A DNA stretch of 64,000 nt from Vicugna vicugna (taxonomy: Eukaryota): NCBI GenBank assembly GCA_013265495.1, contig MU061748.1:16054147-16118146 (forward strand). The letters run 5' to 3'. Positions within the stretch are counted from its first letter, which is position 1; each line of letters opens with the position of its first letter. A model generated the notes under the pieces. The model searched no databases. It was not told the DNA's origin and worked only from the letters and a program-made list of their open reading frames with translations. Both the position numbers and the translations under genes were made by a program. Of the stretch, positions 52,100 through 64,000 are shown one piece after another.

Positions 52100-52260
52100 T
52101 TTACCAGGGCTTTTTCACCTACGTCTCATGGATCAGGTTGAGAAGTTTGTAAATCTCCTCAAGTTGGATGGCTATTTTTCTGGTGACAGAGTTCATAGCT
52201 TTCAAACAGATTCTCAAAGAGTGCATGATGCACAAAAAAGTTAGAAACTACTGCTTCAGA
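52100..52260. mobile_element. hAT-Charlie-like non-autonomous element
   Basis: cagagttcatagctttcaaacagattctcaaagagtgcatgatgcacaaaaaagttagaaactactg. Confidence 0.65.
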
Positions 52261-55200
52261 GATATAAAATATAAAGACAGAATTCACTTTTTTTCTAACT
52301 TTAAGAATATCAAGAAAAAAGAATATCTAAATAATGTCTCAAATCACACTAGATAAACTACATAATATGAATTATTACAAAACTTGTAATATAAATTTTC
52401 TAAAAACGGACCACGATGGCTCAGGTTCATGTCCACAGCTACTTTTCACCAACACCAATCTGACTTACAGTCAGCTTAAGTGTGGTCTTATAGCACATAA
52501 GCAGAGAACATTACAGCTGTTTTAACTACTGTCATATACTAAATAAGCTGTATGGCTCAGTAAACCAATAAATAATAAGGATCAGGTTCCAATTTAAAAT
52601 AATCTTCAGTTATTAAAGCCACTAGGCATTCGATCAATTTATGGCAGAAACACAGCTGAACATCCCTTTCAATCAGATCGTGTTCTAATTGCCAAAAGGG
52701 CAGAAAAATATACACTTAATTTATTCAGATGTGTCTTTATGAAAAGGTGTCATTTTCATGTGTGGACTTTTCACAAATCCTACTTGATAAAGCAGATTTA
52801 GTGATCGCTTAATTTCCTCCCATTATTCATTCATTCATTCATCTTTAAATGATCATAACCAGAACACAGCACTGCCGGTTAGGAATTAATTCCTGCGGTT
52901 TCACTTGGTCCTCTCCACTACCCAACACCTGGCTCTCAGCACGTGACTCACACGACTGGTAATGGGCCATCTACTGGCTGCACTCTAGTCCATCAGAAAG
53001 ACTTTCGGAGAGATCTATTTTGCAAAAGAAGATATTTTATTATGGCAGAACTACCCTTCAACTCAAACATTCCTCCTGTAAATTAAGATCACTGCCCCTG
53101 CCTGTGACTTTGCTAACATTTCTCACCCATGGATTCCCCATTTTTATTCACATTACTGAAGATTAAATTAAAAGATGGGGCCTAACAGCAGCAAACATGC
53201 AACAGAACGATTTTGTGTGTAAAGTCTGCTCCAAATCGCCATATAAATCTCCAAGAAGAATCACTGGGGTTTATTTCTCTCAGCAAAAGGTAAAAGCTAA
53301 GATTTTTAACAAAACCCTGGAGTCAAAGTAGTTGCAGTTAACAGAGCGATCATCACTACTTCACTCTCGATGAGAAAAAGTGAAAACCAACAGGTTTCCC
53401 CTAAGGATTAAAATAAAGTAGGCACATAATTAAAGGTCACCAAAATGCTGCTGTTAAAAGATTTACATTTAATAAATGTAAACAGAACGGATGCCACTCC
53501 CTGATTTTTAGGGCAGTTTTTGTTTAACAAAAGCAGATCTATTCTGAGATAGTCTATAAAATGGTAAACTGGGAGAGCACTGTCCCATATACCTAAGAGC
53601 CTGTGGAGCTTCCCAGGAATATTTTAGATAAAACCAAAAGTACATTCTTGAGAAAATTCATTAATGAATTCACAGTTAACTTCACAGACTTCACTAGTGT
53701 GTATGTATAGATATACATGCATACATATACACACACACACACACACATATATCATGTTAAGTAATATTACTTGCTTTCGAACTGTTAGATATTCAGGAGT
53801 CAGCCCCTCCCCTGTTGCCCCACTCCTGCCCATCCTATAGAAGAAGTAGAAAGCCTTTAATACCAGGCCAAAAGAAAACCAAAACTTAGGTTCCGAAGTA
53901 CTATTGACAGTAATAATTTAACTACCATCTTTTGACTGAATAAAATGGAACCACATTTTATGAAAGATGGACAACAATGAAACTCCATTCATTGAGAAGC
54001 GTAAGAAATACATAATCCTATACAGAGCTCCAATGTTGTAGAAAATCGCAAGTTATAGATTCACTGTCACCCAATCTCTGAGCAAGCTTTATGAAAAAAG
54101 GAAAGAAGGAAAAAAGAGATCCAGGACTTTGCATATACAATCTGTATATTACTGAACCAACAACAGCTTCTAAATCCTTCAAATAGGCAGCTCGCTCAAT
54201 TGCTTCCGAACACCCAGAGTTAAACACATCATAGACCCTAATCTCATCTCTGCACCTCAGAGCGTTAGAGCAGGGCAAACAGCTAGCACTTGGATACACC
54301 ATCTCCTACAGGGCCCATGATCTCTATCTTACAGACTAAGAGAATGAGGTCCACAGGGATAAATTATGACTTCCAGGATCAAGCTGTCTCCCACTGCAGG
54401 CGCCCTAACAAAGGGGCTGCTCAATGCCAAGGCAGTAGAAAGAGCCCTTCTCCAGGGCCAAGACCACAGAAGGTAGCACACCAGCAGGCCCTGATGTTCT
54501 CACTGCAGACTGTAAAAGTCCTCCCCACCTTTTCTTTCCTCATGGCATCAGAGACTCTGGGAGATGAACCTTGTATTTCTCCTAGGGCTAGAAACCCATA
54601 TGGAGTAGGGTCATATGAATTCCCTACCACTGAAGTCACATAACACTGACCCGTCCATCACTTGACACACAGCTGTCAGTTTAAGGATCTGAAACACCTC
54701 CTTATTCTGTTGTGTAATTAGCACCATACAGATGCATACAAAGACTTCTGTTAGCAGGAGAGATTTGACTCCTCCATTCCAAACTAAGACTCATTTGTTT
54801 TCAAAGAATGCAGCATTGTTGGGGTGTTTTAAATGTGTTACTGTTTTAGAGTGTATGCATTGATCAGAAAGCAAAAGTCAGTATGAGGACTCGTCACCAC
54901 TGGCCCTGCAAAGGCAAACGCTTAGGGTATGACACTGGAAGAGTGAGTTTGGTTTGAGATGTAGGACACAGGCATTGCTCCTCTCCACTGCTTCTAAGAG
55001 AAAGTGCTTCCGCAGATGCCTTCCACCAGGGGTTCTGAATTTCCAAACATCCTTGGAAACCTACTACAATGCATCATCCTCTTTGGGACATCAGCAGTTG
55101 GACCTAATCAAATTTCAAAGTTAAGGGTCGCGATTTTAGTGGCGAAGACATAATTTCAAGAAACTTCAGTAAAACATATAAAAATTAATAGCCAAGTATC

Positions 55201-55379
55201 TGAAAACAAGGTTCCCTTCATTTAATTATGTAATAATGATATCTGACATTCTTAATGTCTTTATGTATTATTGCTTGTTAGATACCTGTTTAGTGGGTTA
55301 AGAGTTTCATTTTCCAAACTGAATCTTTAGCCATTAAATATTACTCAGATAATAATTTAACATTGTTGACTTTAAGACT

Positions 55380-55695
55380 GCATCACTAGCCCAGAATAAT
55401 AATTCACTGAAGTGTTCCTGAAAATACTAGTCCAATAGGGGATATCAGAAAAAGAGGTTCCTTGTTTACTGCAAACTCACTGTTAAGTATTTGCAGACCT
55501 AAATGGAATTAAACAGGAGTTTCTTTAGTGCAAGACTTCTATGAGCTGTGGATATGCTAACAGGCATCATGACCCTTGGGGGCAGGAGAGAGGGCAATGA
55601 CTATAGTGTCCCACAACTTTAACCTCACAGCTCATGTGCAGGGGGAGCATTTTGCAGAACTAGCACCCACGGAATGCAGTTTTAGAAATGCTGAC
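55380..55695. mobile_element. hAT-Charlie-like MER fragment
   Basis: gagcattttgcagaactagcacccacggaatgcagttttagaaatgctg terminus. Confidence 0.45.
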
Positions 55696-56059
55696 TGGTC
55701 TGAGAAATCTAAGTGTAATCCTTAATGAACACTTACAGTAGGTATATCACCGTAAGCATACTGTGTCATCTATTTCAGGCTATTAGCACCCAGTGTTGTA
55801 ATCCTTATTCCTACAGCCCACCAAAACTGATGCGTAGGCAAAGAAAAAAAATGTTTCCACAAAGAAACTAGTTTTTGCAACAAGGGTCAAATGATACATA
55901 GGCATCCCTGCAACTACTCCCAGTCTCAGTAGATGAACAGCTCTTAAACTATTAATAATTACAAAGATTTTCTAGGTATCGCAAATAACACAACAGTAAA
56001 GCCTCCCATTTGTGAAGCTGTTGCATGTAAAGTTTAAGCACATCTTCTCAGATGCTCCC

Positions 56060-56235
56060 AAGCATGCCGTGGGGTAAATGGGTCAGGAATTATTTGTCCC
56101 ATTTTTCAAATGAGGAAACAGCACCCAGGAACACAAACAGTTTGAGCAAAGTCACAGTTACTTCGTGTCCCTGTATGGAAGCTCTAGACAAGGTCTAGAA
56201 AAATCTGCCTTCTCACTTAGTCCAGAGCTTAGCAC
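56060..56235 (-). mobile_element. MIR SINE
   Basis: tttgtcccatttttcaaatgaggaaacagcacccagg...gagcaaagtcacag. Confidence 0.7.
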
Positions 56236-56599
56236 AGCCAGAAGCTATTCCAGAAATTCAGACTGAGGGGCTGGGCTAGCAAAGAGCAGCGGCTGACACC
56301 TCCATGCATAGAGAGGATGGAATGGAGGCACTGAATCGCTTTCAGATTTTTTTTTCCTCTCTGTATTCATCGCAAAGACACAAATGCTGTGAAAAGACCT
56401 TCCATTTCCCTTATTTAAACTTCTGAATAGGACTAAGCTAGAAGTCAGAAATAGGCACTCTTGGTCCTGAAGAAAAGTTTTCTTTCACATCAGTAACAGG
56501 CAAAAGGAAGAAATGAGCTAATTATCTAGCTGGGTTGAAGAATTTCAAAAACAGGTTCGAGCACTCCTGCAAAATCATTAAATGAAGACCTATGTTCTA

Positions 56600-56765
56600 G
56601 GCCAGGAATTCTGCAGCTTCGGTGTCACCTGGGAACTCATCAGAAATGCAAATTTAAGGTCCATGTCCCACTGAATCAGAAACACTGAGGTGGGGCCTAC
56701 TGATTTGTGTGGGAAAAGCCCTGCAGGTGATTCTGATGCACACTTAAGCTCCAGAATTTCCTAGG
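56600..56765. mobile_element. MER5A (hAT-Charlie)
   Basis: gtgtcacctgggaactcatcagaaatgcaaatt...ctgaatcagaaac...gcaggtgattctgatgcacacttaag. Confidence 0.9.
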
Positions 56766-57484
56766 ATAGTCAATACAATGCACATTTTAAATAACCTATT
56801 ACTTGAAGTTATTCCCAACAATAATAATTTTAACTAATATTCTCACCAATAGTGGTGTGGATGGACTTAGAATTTGGGACATGTTAAAAAAGAAAATAAG
56901 AAAAACAGGCAAATAAGCCTGCATTAGCCATTCATCGGGGACTTGTTTCAAAAAGAACAGGAATTTGAGAAAAATGAGTACATTTCTCCTTCCCATGGAA
57001 TCTTTTTTAAACATACCTATCAAAGTGCCCAAGTCCTTACTGAGTGTTTATTCCTCAACGATTGGCCAGAAATGCAGACTAGCTGTAGCTCTTTTTTCCA
57101 CTCTTTAACAATGACAGAAACACAGCCTTCTTATGAGAGATTCTTTCTCTAAGCTAGAACTACAAGCATGCTTTGCAGTGTTAGGGCACACTTGAAATCT
57201 CATGGGAATGGCAGGGGACACTGACCCTCTCCTTTCAGTCTCTAATCCACACGGTGGCGGTCCGAAGCTGTGAAACCCCAAGTCCACCTGGGCCAGCCAG
57301 GTGTGGACAGGGGCCGGGCATCAGGCCTCCTCTCTGGGCCTGCTTGGTCTTGTGTTGATTACAGCGTTGGCATGGGAATCAACAGGTGGACGATACCGCC
57401 TTCATCAGTAAATCAGGTGTAAGCTACCAACATCGTTTCACGTTCCGTGGTGTATGTGGATGTGACAGACACAGTAGCACAACC

Positions 57485-57720
57485 TCCACCGGCTTAAAGT
57501 CAGATTCGACCCGAGTCTGAATAAAAGCTCTGCCTCTTACTTAGGGGGTAACTTAAGTAAGTTATTTGAACTTTCAGAACCTGTTTCCTCCTCTCTAAAA
57601 TGGGGATATTGATATCTATTAGCTACCTCATAGGATTATTGGAAAGGAATCAGTGAATAAAACACATGTTTAGATGTTTGGCCAGAACAACAGTCCAGTA
57701 AATACTAACAGTTTTCACTA
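57485..57720 (+). mobile_element. MIR SINE
   Basis: gctctgcctcttactt...cctgtttcctcctctctaaaatggggatatt...ctacctcataggattatt. Confidence 0.8.
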
Positions 57721-58699
57721 TTTTTTAAGTATTTTACAAAGTTGAATTTTTAAAGCGTAACAGATTATAAAAACTAATTTTTTTCAAAGAATACATAAAA
57801 ATCAGTTTACTTGTAACTTTTCAAAAAGAGTTTTTATAGAGATTTTAAAGTTTGCATGTAGGATCCATAAGTAATTAAAAAGGCAAAAATTATTAGCATT
57901 AGAAGTCACTCTATTCCTACTGCAGGTTGAAAAAAATATAAAGTCCACAGCTTGTATTCGATTAAATGTTATGACAATTTCTATCAGACCCAGTACCTGT
58001 TTCAGAGTTTAAGCAGAAAAAAGAAAAAAGAAAAAAACACTGATTTCAGGAAGATGAAGCAAATAAGTCCTTTAAATAGTAAGAGCTTACTAATCTAAAC
58101 ATAAGTGACACATCAAAAGGAGAGAAAATCAGATCACAAATTTTATTGCCTACCCCAATCTGGAGAAATAAAAGGATATAACCTTATCTTGTGCTTTCAT
58201 AATTTTAAAATGGCCTTCAATTTCCTGGGGGTGGTATGAACAAATGAACACACTTCTATTCCCACCAATAGGAGGGATCTAGGTATAAACACAGTATTTG
58301 CTTCTATTGTTGTTATGGGGCAAAAAGGGACCCTAAATACATTGTCTCTTGAGGGCCTATGTATTTTACTGTATTTAAAATAAGCAATAATCAAGTTTCC
58401 AGGGGGAAAAGCGACTGAAATTGGAAGAATTCATTATATACATGAAATCACAGACTTGAAGTAGTTCTCCTCTGTGTGTTTGGTTTCTGACATTTGCGCA
58501 CTAAAAGGCATGGAAATAGGGGAGTAATTATCAGCAATATTAATTTCAAATCTATTTTTGGAAAAATTACACTGAGCTGCTTGAAATTCTACTAAATAAC
58601 TGAAATAAATCCTTTAAAATTTCAGTAGAACCCAAAGATAATAGAGGACTGACTGCCATTTTACATAAGAGACTTGAGCACCAGACGCAAAATCCACAC

Positions 58700-58751
58700 A
58701 GGGGTGGGGTCCTGGAAACAATCCCCTGCGGATACCAAGGGACAACCGTAT
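58700..58751. mobile_element. MER2 (TcMar-Tigger) terminal fragment
   Basis: ggtcctggaaacaatcccctgcggataccaagggacaaccgta matches a MER2 end. Confidence 0.75.
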
Positions 58752-61642
58752 ATACAAATATTTAATGAAGCCATAGTTTTAATTTTTTATTTCAAATGTT
58801 TCTGTCTCAGATTTTATTTGTCAAGTACACACATGCAGAGAATAGAAACAGACCAAGAAATAAAGACTTCCTATTTAAGGCATCTCTGGCTGCCATTCTG
58901 AAATTCTTGACTGGGCAAGTGGAGAATCTGACCCCGAAGTAAAGCAGCATCAGAGGGAAAAGCTGGTGGCAATGCCCATTTGCATATCTGGGCCATTGCC
59001 CACATATGGGCCCCAAGCCAGAGATGCCTCTGGCATTCTGCACAGGGGATGCTGCCCATCCAAGTCTTTATTTCAGAAAGAAGGGGAAACAGCTCTGCAG
59101 AGACTGGTTCTATGAAATTTCAGGTGTATGAAAAAGAAGCTGCCACTTGTTTGTGAACCAAGAAAGAGAGCTGGATGCTGGAAGAGGTTTCTACATCTTT
59201 TTTTGATAAACATCAGAGCAGAGTAGTGCTGAATTACCATGAAAGAGTAAATTAAAGACAAAATCACACATGAGGATATTGGGCTGCAGAAAAAGAAAGT
59301 GTTTAAAAGGAAGAAAGTTATCATCATCTTGTAACCTAGCAAACTCTTAGCATATTTTTCAATCATAAGTTTCTGAAATATAATGTGGAAATGTTTAGTC
59401 TTCTCCATGAATCAGTTCAGCTAACGACCTCAAGATTTTATCACCGAGGGCATTTGATTCTAAAACCTTAAATTCTCTGAGAGGAAGGGTTGTGACAGGT
59501 AACATTCTACACTTTTGGAGAACTTTCAGATTTGTCGAAAGGACCCTAGGAAAATCAAAAGATTCCACCTGCACTTTTCAAGCTACTTCATGTCAATGCT
59601 TTATTTTAAGAAGCCGAAGACCTTGTTACTATGAACGCTGCATAAAATCACAATCGACACCACTGAAATACTTCATAATTATGATAAAATTTTTACTTTG
59701 TCCATCTATGTATCCATGGCCTTCTCTAATAAATGTGTACCTCCAAAAATGCCTAGTAACTGTGCAGTAAAAAGCAATTGATCATTCTTAATGGTTTCAA
59801 CTGCTTCTCCACACAGGTGCACACATGTGTGTTAACCTAATTGTTAGCTGCACCTGCTCCAAGTTAGCAATAGTTCATAGAGCACATGGCAAGAATGGCA
59901 TTCTCAAGTGTTAATCTGGTCAATGTAAATCTACACTTTCTTTCAATAGTTTATGACACGTTTGCTTTGTGCCATATAGGAGTCTGATGTACAAAAATGT
60001 GGGCGATTTTGAATTTCCTTATTGAAAACAAAGCTGTCTTTTCAAACTAAAATAAATTATGCTTTCGCATATTATAACTGAGTGACTTCTCACTGAGAAA
60101 TATCTGAGATATCTGAGTAATTTTTTCCAACATTTATATAAAGTATTCTTTGATTCAACTGAACATTGAAGAAAGAAATAGAAACTCTTTCACAAACTGC
60201 TGAAAGTCATAAATAAGAAGTTAAATTGTTCTTGTTCTGTACCACCATAGTCACCCCCGCAAACACAGTGATGATTTTTGCTACTATCTAACATCTTCAG
60301 TTTCTGAGCATTAAGGACAGCAATGATAAAAAGAAAATTACCTTCTTGAGATTATGAGCTTAAACTCTGGATTCTGCACATGCAGCAAATCTGTTTCCAG
60401 AGATCACACCCCTTTTTCATAGGAATCATCCAAAAATCTGAAGTTGGAGTAACCATTTAGCTCAAAGATTTTAATGTATGATACACAGAGACAGACACTT
60501 TTTCATGAAATGTAAGTTCTCTATTAGGTCCCTATGGTATGAAATCCTAACTTCTTGTCTTACAAATTGATTTCCTGGTTTTTAAAATAATGTATGTTAT
60601 CCACACTTGTCTGCTAAACATTAAATTAAATGCACATTTCACATAATTAAAAGCAAAGATAAAGAATCCTGGCAGGTAAGTTTCTCTGGAGCCTTTGTCT
60701 CTGTCCTTCACTTGGTAACGAATGAAACATTGTCTGCTCTGATAACATACTAACGAATGAGGTGCCCATCTCCACAATACAAATGCTACCTCACCTTCTA
60801 CTAAGGTTAGCTGCAAGTTTATATAGACATAAATATTCTTTTAAGTCTAGTTAAAATACAAACACTCTAGTTACAGAATTGGAGTGAAATGTTTCTAGAA
60901 ACTTAACAGTTATTCAACAAAGAAACTTAATAAAGTTTCTATCTTAGACTATTTTGGCTTCAATTTTATTAAATCTAAAATTTTGCTGTACAGCTATCAA
61001 AACAATGCCCAAATGTTACAAGAAGGCATAGTGAACACTTCAGAAGTAAACAAAATTGTTTGAACTTCTGTGTCCATCAATAGTACACAAGTCATAACTT
61101 ATTCTGGAAACCTGGCTACTTACAAAACAAACTTTACTCATAACAGTGCAAAGATACATAAAGTTTTTTTTAAAAATTATCAAGAGCAAAGAAAAACATA
61201 AACACCCCCTCCATTGTGTGCATGTGTGCATGTGCAGTGATTTGCAACTCTTAATTCACAAAAGAATTATTTATTTAAAATTAAATACTATATTTCTAAG
61301 AAGCAACAATTACCAAGAATCTCTGGAATTCTTTAAATGTGATCATTCCACCCTATCAAATCAATTGGATGTTCTTCAACCGTTGTTTTTTCTTTTACAT
61401 CTGCATTAACATGGCTGCTAATTACATTAGCCTGGTGGCATATAAAGTCTGAATGGGAAATATCACATGATTCTTATAGAACATAAATGTATGTAGGATT
61501 CAAATATACACTTGCTTAGATTGAGCACTTCCACATTACAGCTACTTCTATTTTGTTAGAGAATTTAGCTTGGATTCAGAATTTCTTTCATAAGTGACAT
61601 AGCACCTCTCTAACACATCATTGCATATATCCATGCACATAA

Positions 61643-61673
61643 ACGCACGCGCGCGCACACACACACACACACA
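61643..61673. repeat. Mixed (CG)n/(CA)n alternating purine-pyrimidine tract
   Basis: acgcacgcgcgcgcacacacacacacacaca. Confidence 0.95.
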
Positions 61674-63421
61674 AACCTTTACCCTTATTATGCTACTATG
61701 TATATTCAGTTTCCCATTTGTATATTTATGTTTTTCTAAAACTGTTAAAGTTCCTGAGGAGTTTGTATTCATCACACAAAATGCCATGCAGATCTAATGC
61801 CTACATTTACCATAATAAAGCCCTACTATGTTAAATAATTAAAAAGCTAAATCACATTTTTTAAATTGAAAGTTGTAAAGAACGTAAGAATGCTCTTCCC
61901 AACCCACTCATTCACACAGTTTTATCCTTTTACACAGTGAATCAGCAAATGTCTTATTTTCTGAATCACGTATGAACATGAGAATGTTTTGAAAATGTTT
62001 ATACAGTTTGGCACACTTGGCGTTACTGGTGGCTTCACAGTAAGCTCTCTCATTGTTCTGATTAGCTTTATCATTAAGAGTAAAAAACCTTTATTATAGA
62101 ACTTAACTGCATATGTGGTACAGAAAAATAGACTGCTCTACACGTCATTGAGAAAATGTTACATTCTTAAAATTATATTTATAGTTCCATCTTCTTTTTC
62201 TCACAGCCAAGTGCATAAGTAATTCACAGATCAAAATATACATCATCAGACAACTTTGCTGGGAAGGAAGAATATCCTTGAGACAATATGCAACTAGAAG
62301 CACTGCTTCAGCTAAATATTAAACCAAACAACAACAACCACTCGTGGGCTTCATGACAACTGATAAACAATGAAGAACACTTAAGAAATTCTTCTGTCAG
62401 TTTCAATAGCAAATTCTTGCCCTTTTGATTACTGATTGGGCTCTCAGAAATTTTCTTTGGTCTTGTAGTCCTTTCAGCCTTTATAAAACAATTGCTGGAA
62501 ATGTGGGTGGCTATTCAAGTTAATACATTCTTTCCAAGGAAAGCTATTTGGTAACAGGAGTGAGCAAGTACCTCCCACCTCAAATTAACTACTTAAAGTG
62601 GTGTATTTTTCACCTCTAAACTATCCTTGGCCCCTCCTTCTATTGCCCTTAGGGAATTTAAATTCAGTGACATGACATTTTCCATTATTGGCTCCTTATC
62701 TCTTTGCAACTGTACAACATTCCTCAAAAAGTACACATAATTCTCCTTCCCATGGGATCAGACGACAGTAGCTATTTCTGGAGCAATTATACATGTAATG
62801 TAAGATACAATATTTTTCCTTATAATTGTTTGTAATAATTGTGATTTGAAGGCGACTGGTTCAGTTTGTAGCCATGCTGTTGCTGAGTTCATCTAAGTAT
62901 TTCTCTTCAATCTACATACTTTTAAAACTCAGTGTGTCTTGTAGATCAGACTGCTGTAAGGTAACCATCTGCTCTACATAGTGGTTTGTTAGAGCGTTAT
63001 ACTTATAATATATTCCTTAGGAAAAACACACGTCAGTGAAGAAACAAAGATACTGCAAAAATTAGTATACAGAAGAAAAGTCAAAAATTCCATATTTCTC
63101 TGTTTTAACACCTGTATAGTAAATTCTGTGACAATCACGTTGTTACATTAATAGGAACGCAAAGCATAAAAGAACAAGAGCTACATCTTGCTTTGCTTAA
63201 AGAAATTGAAGACAAGTTTAACCCGCACCTGCCAAACTGTCTTAAGAGGGAAAGAAATAGGTGGGGACGGAAAGCCTCACCTCTCCTGTACCCCACGGTG
63301 AGTCTCCCTGAAATCATTTGAAATATAGGCAATATATCTGTCACCTTTTCTTTTTTCTTCCATTCTAATCAAAGGCAGACCTTTTCCTGCACTCCCCTGC
63401 CCACTATCTCAAAGGCACATT

Positions 63422-63601
63422 NNNNNNNNNNNNNNNNNNNNNNNNNNNNNNNNNNNNNNNNNNNNNNNNNNNNNNNNNNNNNNNNNNNNNNNNNNNNNNN
63501 NNNNNNNNNNNNNNNNNNNNNNNNNNNNNNNNNNNNNNNNNNNNNNNNNNNNNNNNNNNNNNNNNNNNNNNNNNNNNNNNNNNNNNNNNNNNNNNNNNNN
63601 N
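63422..63601. other. Assembly gap (180 N) at CpG-island edge
   Basis: Run of N. Confidence 1.
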
Positions 63602-63901
63602 CTGCGGAGGGCTCGGGGGCTCCGGGCGGCTGCTGCCAGCGTCCTGGGAAGTGACAGGCATTAGGACCTGCTGGCGCGGCGGCGGTGGCGGCGGCAGCTC
63701 CAGCCGCGCCCGCCACACATACCTTCACTCTCTCGGTGCACACGCCGCGCCGCGGGCAGCGCCGCCTGCGGAGACGCGCCCCGGGCCCGCAGGGGCAGCA
63801 GCGGCAGCCTCGCAGCGCCGCCGCGCCCTCGGGCATCTGGCCGCGAAGTTGCGCCCCCGCCGCTCCCCGCGCCGGCTCGCCCCACGCCCCCCAGCGCGGC
63901 C

Positions 63902-63927
63902 NNNNNNNNNNNNNNNNNNNNNNNNNN
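63902..63927. other. Assembly gap (26 N) in CpG island
   Basis: Run of N. Confidence 1.
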
Positions 63928-63970
63928 GGGGCGCGGGCCGGGCGGGGGCGTCCGGTCTTCGCGGCACCGG

Positions 63971-64000
63971 GCGGCGGCGGCGGCGGCTGCGGCTGCGGCG
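63971..64000. repeat. Interrupted GCG/CGG trinucleotide repeat
   Basis: (GCG)5 GCT GCG GCT GCG GCG; runs to the window end. Confidence 0.9.

Larger units (their letters stand above)
63602..64000. promoter_or_regulatory. CpG island / promoter-proximal region (continues beyond window)
   Basis: Abrupt switch from AT-rich, CpG-poor DNA to very GC- and CpG-rich DNA with GGGCGG boxes; flanked and interrupted by N gaps, typical of GC-rich dropout. Confidence 0.9.
63723..64000 (-). other. Probable first exon of an unidentified minus-strand gene (5' end outside window or uncertain)
   Basis: Minus strand reads ...CACCGAGAGAGTGAAG|GTATGT, a strong U2 donor inside the CpG island. The + strand downstream looks A-rich (sense strand T-rich, judged by eye) and LTRs are mostly antisense to it. 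Confidence 0.65.

Noticed and set aside
63369-63836. 155-aa ORF as a full protein-coding gene
   Set aside because: It runs through a splice donor at 63723 and a 180-N gap; low-complexity GC-driven composition.
1-64000. CRISPR arrays, rRNA, NUMT, non-retroviral endogenous virus, or an intact transposase/ERV internal region
   Set aside because: No regularly spaced repeat-spacer array, no rRNA or mitochondrial motifs, and no long viral- or transposase-like ORF was seen by eye. A profile search (Dfam, Rfam, tBLASTn) would be needed to exclude highly decayed cases.

Overview
Mammalian genomic DNA, most likely a camelid: it carries tRNA-derived Vic-1-like SINEs and cetartiodactyl-type L1 3' ends. 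It comes from a gapped assembly with four N-runs. The right end is a CpG island containing a probable first exon of a minus-strand gene (splice donor at 63723/63722). The remaining ~63 kb reads as intron of that gene, filled with MIR, L2, L1, MaLR/ERV solo LTRs and MER DNA-transposon relics. I could not identify the gene, and none of the supplied ORFs looks like a real protein-coding region. I found no strong evidence of a novel biological system. The most worthwhile leads are: (1) a candidate exon at ~10.15-10.44 kb with uORFs, three alternative donors and a strong-Kozak ATG; (2) a Cys/Arg-rich ORF in exon 1; (3) a near-identical 287-bp tandem duplication; (4) a strong antisense bias of LTRs; (5) several candidate enhancer motif clusters. 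Repeat family calls are by eye from remembered consensus motifs, and their boundaries are approximate (tens of bp).
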